A DNA stretch of 64,000 nucleotides from Convolutriloba macropyga (taxonomy: Eukaryota). The stretch spans positions 21,824,001 to 21,888,000 of the forward strand of contig NC_134469.1 in the NCBI RefSeq assembly GCF_964194025.1. The letters run 5' to 3'. The stretch's first letter is position 1; each line of letters starts with the position of its first letter. The position numbers were made by a program, and so were the translations under genes. Of this stretch, positions 24,594-35,546 are shown piece by piece. The notes under the pieces are model-generated. The model was not told the DNA's origin. It did not search any database and saw only the letters and a list, made by a program, of their open reading frames with translations.

Positions 24594-25664
24594 TTACAAA
24601 AGTTTGACAAAATTAGAGTGGAACAAAGCAGCACGTAATTCAGGTTCCAATGACCGCGAATGAGGTCCAATGTACATTTGAAGTTTTGTTTTGGCAGTAC
24701 CGTAATAATATACATACGAATGAGGATTATCATCGTAACAGAAGCCTACAACACTAACACTTTTGCATAAATTTAGCGCCATTTGGATAGCGACGAAGCC
24801 TGTCGTCGCTCTGGAATTTTTGTTACCACTACCCGGTACCCTGGATATATTATACAGAGACTCTGTAATTTCTGGGTTGATAATGAGTACATTTTCAGGT
24901 CTTATAGGCAACGACAGGGGACTCGAGCGCCAGAAATGGAATACTTCATTGATACTAGAATCGACTAATTTTGCAGCCCATAGAATATCATCTGATTTGT
25001 AAGGTACTACAACTACAATCCCAGCACCAAGATATGATTCTGTATCAGCGGGTGCTGATTCCGGGTACACAACCCGAATGTCAGTTTTGGACCCTACTAT
25101 TGTCTCATACCCTTCGATAGGCGCCATATTCATACGAATTACAATTGGAAAACTATCGATAATTTTACCCAACCTCGCCCCTCTCAAACAGGCCCCCGCT
25201 CCCACCACTATACATTCTTGGCACTTGGCTTTAGCTAATACCCTGTTACTCCATGGATTGTGTAATGTCTCCATTGTCTTTCGCAAAACTTTAGCAGGAA
25301 CCTTGATTCTGCTTTCAAGCATCAAGTAGTCGTCGTGTGAACTATTCCACAAATTTGATAAAGTCGAATTGGTCAAAAATGGCTCAGCCTTGACCACATA
25401 GTCAATACTTTTGGTTTTTTCTAATTGGCCTTCAGTCACAGTATTGCACGTTGAAGATTGCATCGAGAGCACAAATGGTCTGGACTTTGGCAAGGTAGAA
25501 TTGGTTACAAGAGGAATCCTAATGACATTTCCCTTGTAGTTAAGATGCCAAAGAGGTAAACATACCATAACAAAAAGAACAATGATAAATAAAGTAGCAG
25601 GTAATTGAGAAGGTTTCGTCATCCCCACCGCAGTAGCTGAGGTTCCAGGGACAGAAGATGTCAT
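24594..25664 (-). CDS. Intronless sialyltransferase (GT29), ST3Gal-like, type II membrane protein
   Basis: N-terminal TM (LFIIVLFVMVCLPLW); sialylmotif L CIVVGAGACL...IDSFPIVIRMNMAP...VGSKT; YPESA; motif S ATTGFVAIQMALNLCKSVSVVGF; motif III YYY; motif VS HSRSLE. The first ATG is at 25664; the track start at 25673 is TTG. Confidence 0.93.
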   Translation of the reverse strand: MTSSVPGTSATAVGMTKPSQLPATLFIIVLFVMVCLPLWHLNYKGNVIRIPLVTNSTLPKSRPFVLSMQSSTCNTVTEGQLEKTKSIDYVVKAEPFLTNSTLSNLWNSSHDDYLMLESRIKVPAKVLRKTMETLHNPWSNRVLAKAKCQECIVVGAGACLRGARLGKIIDSFPIVIRMNMAPIEGYETIVGSKTDIRVVYPESAPADTESYLGAGIVVVVPYKSDDILWAAKLVDSSINEVFHFWRSSPLSLPIRPENVLIINPEITESLYNISRVPGSGNKNSRATTGFVAIQMALNLCKSVSVVGFCYDDNPHSYVYYYGTAKTKLQMYIGPHSRSLEPELRAALFHSNFVKLL

Positions 25665-26289
25665 TATGTACAAAATATACAGTCGACCCCTACCGAGACA
25701 AGTTGCAAATTTACATATAGATTAAATTTGGTTTTAAGAATGAATTTAAAGCTAACAGTAATCAAAAATGGAATTGAAAGCAAAGATTATAAATAATAAA
25801 TTGGAAGATAGAAACATCTGATGTTAGTTAGATATTTGTAAGCTAGAAAAGATGACAGAGATATTTGTTAATTGGAAAGGATGACAGCAACCGATAGACA
25901 ATAACGAGAAGCAGCCCAAGCCATACCCTTCACCCAGGGTGATTGCATGATAAACTGAAATACATTCAAGTGTTCAACACAGATACTACTCTCAAATTCA
26001 AACAGTTGCAACATAGGTTAGAACTAATTTCTTTACACCTGATAGAATATGACCATCTCATATTGAAATTTTAACAAATACCTTTATTTGCAATGATTAC
26101 TCCCATCTCTTATTAGGTTATAGAAAATCTTAAAACTGCAAAAACACGCATTAGTTTGATCTCACAGGCTAACCACAACTTTGTCACGAGGAAGAAGAAA
26201 CATATCCCATAATTCCCTCTAAACGCCGAAATCAGTTATAGTGTAATAACCACCAGCTGGTACGTAGGCTACAGGAACTGCGAATTAAT

Positions 26290-26416
26290 TAAAGCTGCAA
26301 CGGATAGCATGATAGGTTACAGTTTTGCAGATCGTAGGTTCGACGCCTCCAGGAATTTAAATTTCCGTGCCAGCCCATCTTTTCCGACAGGAGCCCGACA
26401 AAGATAACAATAATAG
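26290..26416 (+). mobile_element. Possible tRNA-derived SINE or tRNA pseudogene
   Basis: A-box-like GCAACGGATAGC and B-box-like GTAGGTTCGACGCC at tRNA-like spacing, then a short AAT-type tail. No clean cloverleaf. Confidence 0.35.
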
Positions 26417-27069
26417 TGGCATCCTACTGACGAAACGCGGCTTGATTTATGATCAGTTTATCTAAATAAATTCAATGGTTTCAGCTTCATCAAATTTCAG
26501 CTTCGATGTCTTGCAATAGCACCAAATTCTAACTAGCACCGAGAACCCCAACCAGATATAAAAAGCAGTCAAATTTATTATTTTTGACATAGATGCAAAC
26601 CAAGAAGGCTCGCGTTTCTCCTGTCTGTGCACAGAACGTTCTGATTACCGAAATTAGTGAAAAGTGAGATTGCTTTAAGCAATTCATTGTACTAGCAAAC
26701 CAATTGAATATCAAATAGATGTAATGGTTTTGGTATCATAACTCTCTAAACATAATCAATTACAGAAAATATAGTTCAGCAAAAGTACAGCAAAAATTTC
26801 AAGAACGCCAGCCATTTTAAGAAAAGATTTTTGCGTTTGGTTTTCTGGTCGAGGCATAAATTGCTTCATGAGCTTAAAATAAACCACAGCATAATGTTGG
26901 AGCAGCAATTCCTAGACCACAGTTAGTGTGACCAGGCGGGCAGATCCGCAAATTATATTCACCAAAAGTAACATAACCGAATAACGTCGGGCGAAATGTT
27001 CTCAAACGACCGGCGAGCGGTTGGCTTCGTCAGTAGCTAGCCACGGTTTAGTGAGGCTATCTTTAGATT

Positions 27070-27417
27070 AATTGAAGGGGCGTAAGGTGAACGGAGGGGG
27101 GTTCACCGCAGCGTGGGTGCAAGAGTGGGGGGGGGGGGGGGCTGATAAGGGGCGGTGTGTGGGAGGGGGATCAATTTTGAAGAACTGCCCTTCAAACCTT
27201 AAGCATAAATCACCAAAACAATTTTGTTAATCGCATACTTGAAGACTAGTGGGCTGAACGCCTCTAAGAGAACATTATGCAAACTGGGCGCCACTTCTTT
27301 ATACCGTTTCTGAAGACGAAAGTCAGATGGGTCAGACGAAAAACCGGCCAAGCGAAAAATTGCATAATAGACAAACCGGATGAATATATTTATTACAAAT
27401 TGATTTTGAGAGCAATT
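27070..27417. mobile_element. G-rich MITE-like repeat, copy A
   Basis: G-tracts followed by ~170 bp homologous to 28750-28921; ends in AGAGCAATTA. Confidence 0.6.
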
Positions 27418-27548
27418 AGAAATGATATCCTAAAAGTGCCTGTTAGGTTATTTATGATAAAAAAGCATTTCTACTATAACTCATCGTTCATCAGGATCAG
27501 AGATTACGCCACATAACAGCAGCTGAAGTGCGGCATCAACAAAGAGCG

Positions 27549-27637
27549 AGAGAGAGAGAGAGAGAGATAAAACGTGAACAAGAAAGAGAATGAAAGAGAC
27601 TTAAACCGACAGAGATAGAGAGAGAGAGAAAGAGAGA
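27549..27637. repeat. (AG)n microsatellites
   Basis: AG runs at ~27549-27566 and ~27611-27637. Confidence 0.85.
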
Positions 27638-28559
27638 TTTTCCATAATGCGATTCGACTCCGCAGCTTCTAGTTTTCTAGCCTTGTTAGTAAACAAATCA
27701 TAGAAAAAAAAACTGAAGAAAAAATTAAAAACAAAAGTTTTCAGATTGCAGTAAAATAAGTTCAAAACCATTTGTTGTCTCAAAAATTCTGACAAGTAAC
27801 CTATCTCCAAGACCTAAAAAATTTTGTTGGCCATTAATGATTGTGAAAATCAAAAAAGGACAAAAAATATTAAAAACTTTTAGAAACAATTGCAAATTTC
27901 AACAAACTGTTGCAAAATATCAAGATATTATTATCTTAAGATTCATTTCATTGTCACAAGAGACTATCCAGTATACCTGTTTCAAGCCTGAAATAGTTTC
28001 ACTGGCTCAAAGATCCATACACTTGGATTATACAAACCCAAAAAAGTGACTAAAAATTTCAACAATTTCTGAATAAAAAATCTGAATGAAGACTATAAAT
28101 GTCAAAAAATTGAAATGGAAAAAATTGTGAAAAAACGCTAAAGATGTTAAAATATTGCAAGACATTCCATTACTTCTAGAAACTATAGTAAACTATTTTC
28201 AAACCCTGGAGGAAGTTCCTTAGCTCTTGAGGCCCAAAAAACGACAATAATTCAAAAAACTTGCGAAAAAGCAAGTTTTCTAAATAAAATCCTAAAATTT
28301 GTGACATTAAAATGTTGAAACTACTCCATGGCCAATAAAAATTTGTCAGTAACTTATTATCAAAGCCTTTAGCAGGTTCGCTATCATTAAACTCCTTATT
28401 AAACCCCCACTAGAAACAATGCAGTGACCTTTTATTAAAACCTAGAGGAGGTTCCTTGACACCTAGGGCTAATAAAAATCAAAAATGTCAAAAACTTTAA
28501 AAGCTTTAAAAAAATTGCAAAATAGTATAAGTTTGCGTAATTTTAACGAGAGGTTGTTT

Positions 28560-28921
28560 GTCAGTAGTAACGAGGGTGAGTGCACCGAGGGCTGATGGGT
28601 GCGAGGTGTACAGTGGGGTGAGGGTAACAGCGCGGCGGGGGGGGGCAATTGTGGGGGGGGGGGGGGGGTCAACAGTGGAGGGGTCTTCAACCTCTAACAA
28701 CCGCTCTTCACACCATAAGTATAAGTCTCCAAAACAGTTTGAGCTGAAATAGAGCTGAGAGGCTCTAAGAGCACTTAATGCCCGCTGGGCGCTACCTGTT
28801 TATCCCGTTTTTGAGGACGAAAAGTCAAAAGCTTCAGACAAAAAAATGGTCAAGCAAAAAATCGCATAAAAAAGACCGACAGGACTAATATAATTGCTAC
28901 AAACTTCGTTTGAGAGCAATT
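28560..28921. mobile_element. G-rich MITE-like repeat, copy B
   Basis: G-tracts, then CTCTAAGAG..CTGGGCGC..GACGAAA..CAAGC..GCATAA..AGAGCAATTA as in copy A. Confidence 0.6.
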
Positions 28922-29003
28922 AAACATACCATAAGAGAGTCTTAAGTTAAGGGAACGTGTGATGAAGTAGATAAGCGAACAAACAAACCACTGGCGTCGA
29001 ATG

Positions 29004-29323
29004 AATTGCTCTCGTAGCGCTTGTAGCTTAAATATGTTTTATGGGTTAAAAACTCGACTCAAACCACTGAGCTCCGGGGTAGCAGTTTGATATCTTAACC
29101 ACTAGGCAGCTGCAATTACTTTGATTTTATTTCTCACAATCATTTTCTACAACGAACTTTATGTCAGGAGAGCAAATTAGATCACTCAAAAATGAAGTGT
29201 GAAAAAGTCACTCAAGAAGTCAAAGAATGTTCTCGAACAAAAGCTCAAAAACGGTCAAGCAAAAAATTTGCATAAGACCAACACGTTTACAATAATTGCT
29301 TCAAATTTTGTTCCAGAGCAATT
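29004..29323. mobile_element. ~320-bp MITE-like element with TIR AATTGCTCT/AGAGCAATT
   Basis: Left end AATTGCTCT is the inverse of the right end AGAGCAATT; the right arm is homologous to copies A and B. Confidence 0.55.
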
Positions 29324-29349
29324 AAAAACTAAATTGCAGAGTTTTCAGA

Positions 29350-29900
29350 TCCGCGCTCAAGACATCCACCTAAATAAGGTTCACGAGAACGATATTGAAG
29401 CAGGAAGTGATAGAACCGCCACCGTAAGTTCTGAGGAACACGCTGCCACGCATCCGTGAACCAGATTCTGCCATATGCGAAGCTCATTCCTGAGTCATAT
29501 CGCCATCATTGAGAATATCTGTCCCAAACGCGGCCCACATAAACATGGGAAAGAACAAAAGGCAGTTAAGAGGCTGATATATTGCCAATCTTCCAACACG
29601 GCCAGACTGCACAGAAAAACCTGCCCACTCCATTGCACCTTTTCATCAAAAACGGACGATGTCCCTCCTGGTCAACATAACCAGGAGACCACCAATCACT
29701 CATCACGATGTCGATGCAGAAAAGTCGCCGCAAGACAGTCACTTGAGGAAAATCACTCAAAATAGCATCACCATTACTACTCAAGTTAAAACTGTGCCCA
29801 GCTGACCAGTGCAGAACGACCAACCGAAAATGCCGCTTAGAATACCAGCCGAAAGTAGCATGTAGAGCAAAACTACAACAACAAAAACTATATTTCAGTT
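29350..29900 (-). pseudogene. Heavily decayed Tc1/mariner-type DDE transposase
   Basis: Relic motifs in the expected order: WSAGHSFNLSSNG (cf. WSDExKFNLxGxDG), GAMEWAGFS (cf. GxVMVWGxFS), TQE*ASHMA (cf. QQDNAxxHxA), FLRTYG/VAVLSLPAS..VNLI* (cf. VLxWPxxSPDLNPIE). Confidence 0.6.
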
Positions 29901-30937
29901 CTGAGTCCTGAAAACGAAGAGACCAAGAGTACAAAATGTAAAGCAAAAGCCAAATAAAAAACTTGCTTTTTTGGTGAAAACTATCAAATTGGCCCACTCG
30001 TTTTGAAAACTTCATTAATTAACTTTTATCAGTCACAAAAATGAAGATGACGTTTAGTATTATAGCAAACATAGTTCGTTGCAACAAGTTTTAAGATCTT
30101 TTGCCAGTTTAAAGCAAAAAAGAAATTGAATGGTTTTCCGATCGCCGCATAAATTGGCTCATGTGGGCTTTAAATGGGCGTCATTGATGTGATTATATTC
30201 CTTGTCGAGGGAAAGTCATCTACGAGCAGATGTCAAGTGCAGCTTGAAACTGTGGCTTACCAATAATTAAACGCTATTGTTTTTTGATTCTAATGTATGA
30301 GAGAATTCCAACGATTAAAAAAAGTTAAGAGCAAAAAACTGTTTTCCGATTTCAGGAAATTCCATACGAAGTATTTCCTCTTTAAGATCATTTAATTTAT
30401 GCGTTCTTAAAGTCTTGTAAAAATCAAGTTACCTGTCTGGTGCATTATAGTGATCAGACAGACACACGATAAAAATTTGGTGTAAATAATTTTGTTCGCA
30501 TTTTTGATTTGCCCTTCGCCCAGTTCTTTAGCTAGAGCACTCATGAAACCAATTATTAAACTGTCAATTTTGAGTTACTAATACTACTTAAGTTTAACCC
30601 AACCTATCAACCTAACAAAATTTCAAGAATTCTTTATCTGACACAATCTCCTTGATAAACAGTATGAATGCCTTTCCTCTTCTTATTCCCATTTGGTACG
30701 CTTATTAACTGCACACGCAATTCATTGGCAAAAACAAATAATTTCATAGAGTAAATTGAACTGAAGGAACCCAGCATTTATGAGATTGGAGTTACATATC
30801 ATAACTAAATAGAAATGCTGAAACAAGACTTGAAACAAGAATAGTAAACATCTAACAAAACAACAACTATCGAGATTCAATCCTAAAACGGCAAAGTCGA
30901 ACTGATCAATGTTTGAATAACAATTTCAACTAGTTCT

Positions 30938-32989
30938 TTAATCTAAACACACTAAGTCATCATCTGAATCTTCTTGAGGATTTGCAGCGATTTTTTGGAC
31001 ATCTGCATCAGGTGACACAAGTTCTGTCTGATCAATTTTTAGCTTTTTCGCCTCTGGCTCTAGTCCTGAATTTCCACCATGGCTTTCGTTTAGCTTTCCA
31101 TCCGAATTATCGTCGTCATCGTCAAGATTTACCAGCTCCGGCCTGTTTCTAGCTGCTTCTGTTTCAACTCCATTGGCTTTAGATTCCTCACTTTTTGAGA
31201 TTCCATTGTCCACTACTGATCCATTTTGTTCATCTGTTTCCATTTTCTGACCGTTATCGTTTCCTGTTGTCCCATTAGTGGTAGCACCATCAGAACTCGA
31301 AGGTGCCTCGATGGCGTCAAGTCCCATGACCTGGAAGTTCTGTTCATCAGCCAAACTACGATCTTCCTCTGATACCTTTTCGCAATGCTGGACTATAATC
31401 ACTACCGCAAAGTTTTGGAAAAAGTCATCTGCTTTGAGCCTGGTGCCATCTTGGACTTTGAACGACTCCAATGATCTCTCGAGGTTGCCCTCGTTATCTT
31501 CCGGATCACTGGACACCAAGATGGTTCCTTTACCGTCATCGAGTTCAACGTCTGGCTCCACCATGCTTAGGGTCTTTTTCAAAACTTTTTCAAGTAGCGA
31601 CTTGATGAGAAATGTTGAGCAGTTAACTCGTAGAACAACTTCTGGTTTTGAGCTGCACACGTAGCAATTTGGGTTAGGTGAATGGAGCTTCGAAGCGACA
31701 AACAGGGTTCCGTACCTTCCACTTGGTTGCTTCTTCAGAAAAACTTGCTTGCACGATTCAAACTTACCCATAATTGCTTTCTTTGCCTCCGTGACCATAA
31801 GGCCAGCGACTATTGCGTTGGTAGTGGCAATTGCAGGGATGATGTTGCCAGCCATTGACTTCACATCAAATCTAGATTTCCCTACAATGCTGAAAATGTT
31901 GCACCGGATGTTTGCCGCAGCAGCAGTGAAATCCATTACCAAATCATCGTCTTTGTCCCAAGTGAGGTATCCCTCATCCGAAGCCTTCTTTTTTGTTTTC
32001 AACTCATTGATGCTTGACCCAAGAACTTTGACCCAGTTTTCCATATTCCACATTTCATTATCAACTAAACCCTGCGGCTTTTCCCATAATTCCCCGGGAT
32101 CACTAAACTCCAGTGGCTTGGGAGGTGTTCGCTTAAGCCACAAATTCTTCATGGTCAACAGATATTGCACATCTTTGACAAACAATTTTGTGATCAACTC
32201 TAACGGATCGTAATCAACAGACGTAGCCCAATCTCGAGTGGAAATTTTGTTCTCATTGCCGTAATCTTTCATCAACTCAGTATTTGAAGTATCTTGATTT
32301 TCTTTAGCTTCTTGGTCATTGCTATCTGGCGACACCTCGTTGTCTTCGTCGGGTGCAGTTTCCCCAAACAGCTGGTTAAACAATTGTTTCGCCCACACAA
32401 TGCAATGAATAGGTTCACTAGGGGTATTTCTTACAGTACATGTAGGATATGTCTTCTCTTTGGCCGGTTTAGCCACACATTCGTAGCATTCTGACTGGCC
32501 TTTTTTGATGACGTATGTCTGTCCAAAGAATCCAGAAGTTCCACTTTCGATCAGAGCAACATCAGCCGCTAGGCACAATCTGTTCACGTGATTCCGTGCA
32601 GCTCTGTTGTCCAATGCGTTGATGACAATTGCAAATTGTTTGAAAAAAGAAACGTTGTACTTATCACTGATTATGCTTTCGTGGTATGTAGTAATATCAC
32701 AGTTAGGGTTAAACTTCAAAGCAGACTCTTTGGCAATGACACATTTTGGCTGACCAACATGTTGGCGCTGGAATAGAAATTGTCGATTCAAATTGCTGAC
32801 TTCAATCGTGTCCAAATCAAACATGTGAATTTTCGTGAAGCCAGATAGAACTAAATTTTTGAGAACCTCACAACCTACGCCACCCGCACCGACCAGCAGC
32901 ACGGAACACGCTGAAATCTTTTCAGCTTCATTTTCAATTGCAATCCTGCGCTCTTTCAGCTGCGCAATCATGGATGCTTTGTCAAACAT
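30938..32989 (-). CDS. UBA2: SUMO-activating enzyme subunit 2, intronless, 683 aa
   Basis: GAGGVG nucleotide-binding loop, DLDTIEVSNLNRQFLF, Zn pairs CYEC/CYVC, catalytic PTCTVRNTPSEPIHCIVWAK, AGNIIPAIATTNA, ubiquitin-fold domain with LKADDF, acidic tail ending DDDLVCLD. Confidence 0.97.
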   Translation of the reverse strand: MFDKASMIAQLKERRIAIENEAEKISACSVLLVGAGGVGCEVLKNLVLSGFTKIHMFDLDTIEVSNLNRQFLFQRQHVGQPKCVIAKESALKFNPNCDITTYHESIISDKYNVSFFKQFAIVINALDNRAARNHVNRLCLAADVALIESGTSGFFGQTYVIKKGQSECYECVAKPAKEKTYPTCTVRNTPSEPIHCIVWAKQLFNQLFGETAPDEDNEVSPDSNDQEAKENQDTSNTELMKDYGNENKISTRDWATSVDYDPLELITKLFVKDVQYLLTMKNLWLKRTPPKPLEFSDPGELWEKPQGLVDNEMWNMENWVKVLGSSINELKTKKKASDEGYLTWDKDDDLVMDFTAAAANIRCNIFSIVGKSRFDVKSMAGNIIPAIATTNAIVAGLMVTEAKKAIMGKFESCKQVFLKKQPSGRYGTLFVASKLHSPNPNCYVCSSKPEVVLRVNCSTFLIKSLLEKVLKKTLSMVEPDVELDDGKGTILVSSDPEDNEGNLERSLESFKVQDGTRLKADDFFQNFAVVIIVQHCEKVSEEDRSLADEQNFQVMGLDAIEAPSSSDGATTNGTTGNDNGQKMETDEQNGSVVDNGISKSEESKANGVETEAARNRPELVNLDDDDDNSDGKLNESHGGNSGLEPEAKKLKIDQTELVSPDADVQKIAANPQEDSDDDLVCLD

Positions 32990-33086
32990 ATCTGAAACAC
33001 CAATAGGTATTTAATGTATTGTCAAATGAACCTTTTAAAGTCGGAATTTGATAATATAATCTACTTCTCAAGTAATCAGAATCCGA

Positions 33087-33319
33087 TTAAGCTTTTCGAA
33101 GATTTTGGAAGCCAACAATCTTTTTGAGAATCGGACCACAATCATTTTTGAAAAAGATCGAAGTACGAGTGCCCAAATTATTGGACCATTTGACCCAACA
33201 TTTATTTGTAAAAGGTAAAAATTCCTGGATTGCTTTGTGAAAATCCAACTTCCCGTTCATGACAAAAATTAGGTACGATTCCATCATGTCTAACATCACA
33301 TGCTCATAGTAAGTAAAGA
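33087..33319 (-). CDS. Candidate terminal exon of an unidentified upstream gene
   Basis: Open frame FTYYEHVMLDMMESYLIF...QNLRKA* preceded by a pyrimidine-rich tract and gaatAG. No family recognised. Confidence 0.3.
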
Positions 33320-34149
33320 CTATTCATCGATACATACAAGGGGAAAAATAAGAAAAAGCTGTCATTCTTACATATATAACTCATTCTTACATATGTAACG
33401 ATTATAACTCAATCAGAAACAAGGATATCCAATTCAAAAAGTATTATAAAAAATTAATAGTTATTATCAAACAGCCTGCATCAATTGTCTCAAAACTTGA
33501 AACAACAAAAAGCCTCAGACGGAAAAAGCCTCAGACACCCAAGTTCTTAATTAACACATGCCTAAGGAAAAATAGCTCTGACTGAAACATGACTAAGTTT
33601 GAATGACAAAGTTGACCTTTTCGACATAGAGTTGCGATATGAGTTCCAGGGGACATCATGTTTGATGTGATAAATTTTTGAAGCTATAGGCGTACATCTA
33701 TCCGATATGGATTGCACTTTATTCTTTGTCTAAAATCCACCTGATATTGAATAGCGATTTTTGCTGTAGCCACTACAGCAAAAGTTGTTGAGCACAACCA
33801 AAATAAAAAACGTAATGAATGCTGCAGGCTCTAACATCCATCTGTTTAATGATAATCACAAGGCTGGTGATTGAAAATTGATTTCATATTCCTATGCTTT
33901 GGACATTTTTACCAAGATAATTACCAAAGAACATAAACGAATAAAATTTCCATTGATCAAATAATCAGTAGCTTTTTTATTTCCAATTAAGTAAATGAAT
34001 CAGTATTAAATGATCATTACTTAATTTAAGTTGACAAATTTAATTAAGCGGTACACTTCAGGGAAAAAGTTTGAAAAGCCTCAAAAAAATTACGCCCTCA
34101 ATAGTTCCCTGACTAGTTGTACACTTCATCGATGTTTCCGACTGGCAGT

Positions 34150-35400
34150 GACGGAGAATTGGGACGAAAAATCTTATCATAAATTAATGCACAGATTGTC
34201 TTATTTTTCGCATAGGCAAAACAACTGAATATGTACCATTGAGGAATGTCTCTAGAAAATGGATTCCAATAGGAATTAAAAGGAAAATAGTAAAAAAAGA
34301 CAAATCAAGAATCTTTAATGAAGTCAAAGGAAAATTTGTAGCAAGCAGAACGATGTATCCAACACAATTGAACGCGGAAAATCTGAATGACATTTTTTAT
34401 TGGTAACACGTTATTTTTTGTAATTGGAATTTCAAAAAGATTCCTTTCCAAAAATTAATTCTGCTAAAAAATGTCTGATAAACGTAAGTTGTATATAATT
34501 TGATCCAATCATTGCGCCGTACTTAGGCGATCCGCTTAGCAAATTTCAAAACCCAAATCTTTATCAGGTTCAAACATGAGCTGTTTTTCTGATTCTTTCA
34601 AGGTTTCTAATTCCTTTGCATAAGGATGGTGGCATACAAAATTCAATATGTTGATAATTCAATCATTATCTGAGATTTCTGAAAAGGTTTTGTACGAACG
34701 GATGTCAACTTTTTCAGTTTCTTCAAAATGTCCAACCAAAATTGATACAACCGAAATTGATTTGGTTTACAATACAAGCAAGCATTCATCTGATGCTATA
34801 CATGAATTAGTTAGTAACTTGCGATCCTCAATTGAAAGGAAATCTGGCTTTTAAAACAATTTTCTGGATTTGCTTAACGATTTTGACATTTAGCTGATCA
34901 TCACTGAGTCATATATTAGCTTTAATAAAGTTAAAGTTCAGGGTCCAAATTTAGCGTATCTAGAAAGCTATTTAAAAAGGCCATTTTAATCCTTGGATAA
35001 AATGTCATTAGCTTGGCTAAAACATATGAGAGCATGGAGTACAGCGGGGCTCAGTGCTTAGTCTTTTTTCCGATACAGAAATATGAAAATAAATACATCA
35101 CTGATACCAATTGAAATGATTTCGAACTTGTTATTTCTGTATTTGAGCATCTCACAGAAGTTAAACAAGATTTGAAAGGATGGAGTAAAATAACATAGCG
35201 TTTGCAGCAATATGAACTTATGGATGAGAACAATCTTAATTTTTCTCCCTTCCAGCTACGTATTTTCTTTTGTGAGCATTAGTTAAGCTTGGAAAACTTT
35301 CATTTTTAAAGGTGAAAGTAAAATATATCCAAAATTAATTAAATCCTTGTACTTACACTCAGACTCTTCTCGATGAAACTCGACTATTTTACAGAATCTA
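34150..35400 (+). mobile_element. Ancient LINE RT relic
   Basis: SLSEISEKVLYERM, FLDLLNDFD and GVQRGSVL in RT order, with many stops. Confidence 0.65.
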
Positions 35401-35546
35401 AGAATAAATTATACCAAATAAAAATTATAAAATCTATGAAAAAAACCAAGTCGACCATAATTAAGAAGCTGACACAATAAACAATTTTAGTTCCAGCGTT
35501 CTCAAAACTATAATTCTTATAATTGTGTATCTTGTAGGAAAATCAA

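Noticed and set aside
27309-27345. CTGAAGACGAAAGTC as a hammerhead ribozyme
   Set aside because: No stem II between CTGAAGA and GAAA, and the core is not conserved in the sister copy at ~28810.
28469-28752. Pro-rich and Gly-rich ORFs
   Set aside because: Translation artefacts of G/C homopolymer tracts in a repeat.
31278-32776. Plus-strand ORFs of 62-154 aa
   Set aside because: Antisense shadows of UBA2. The same applies to ORFs opposite the sialyltransferase and DHTKD1.
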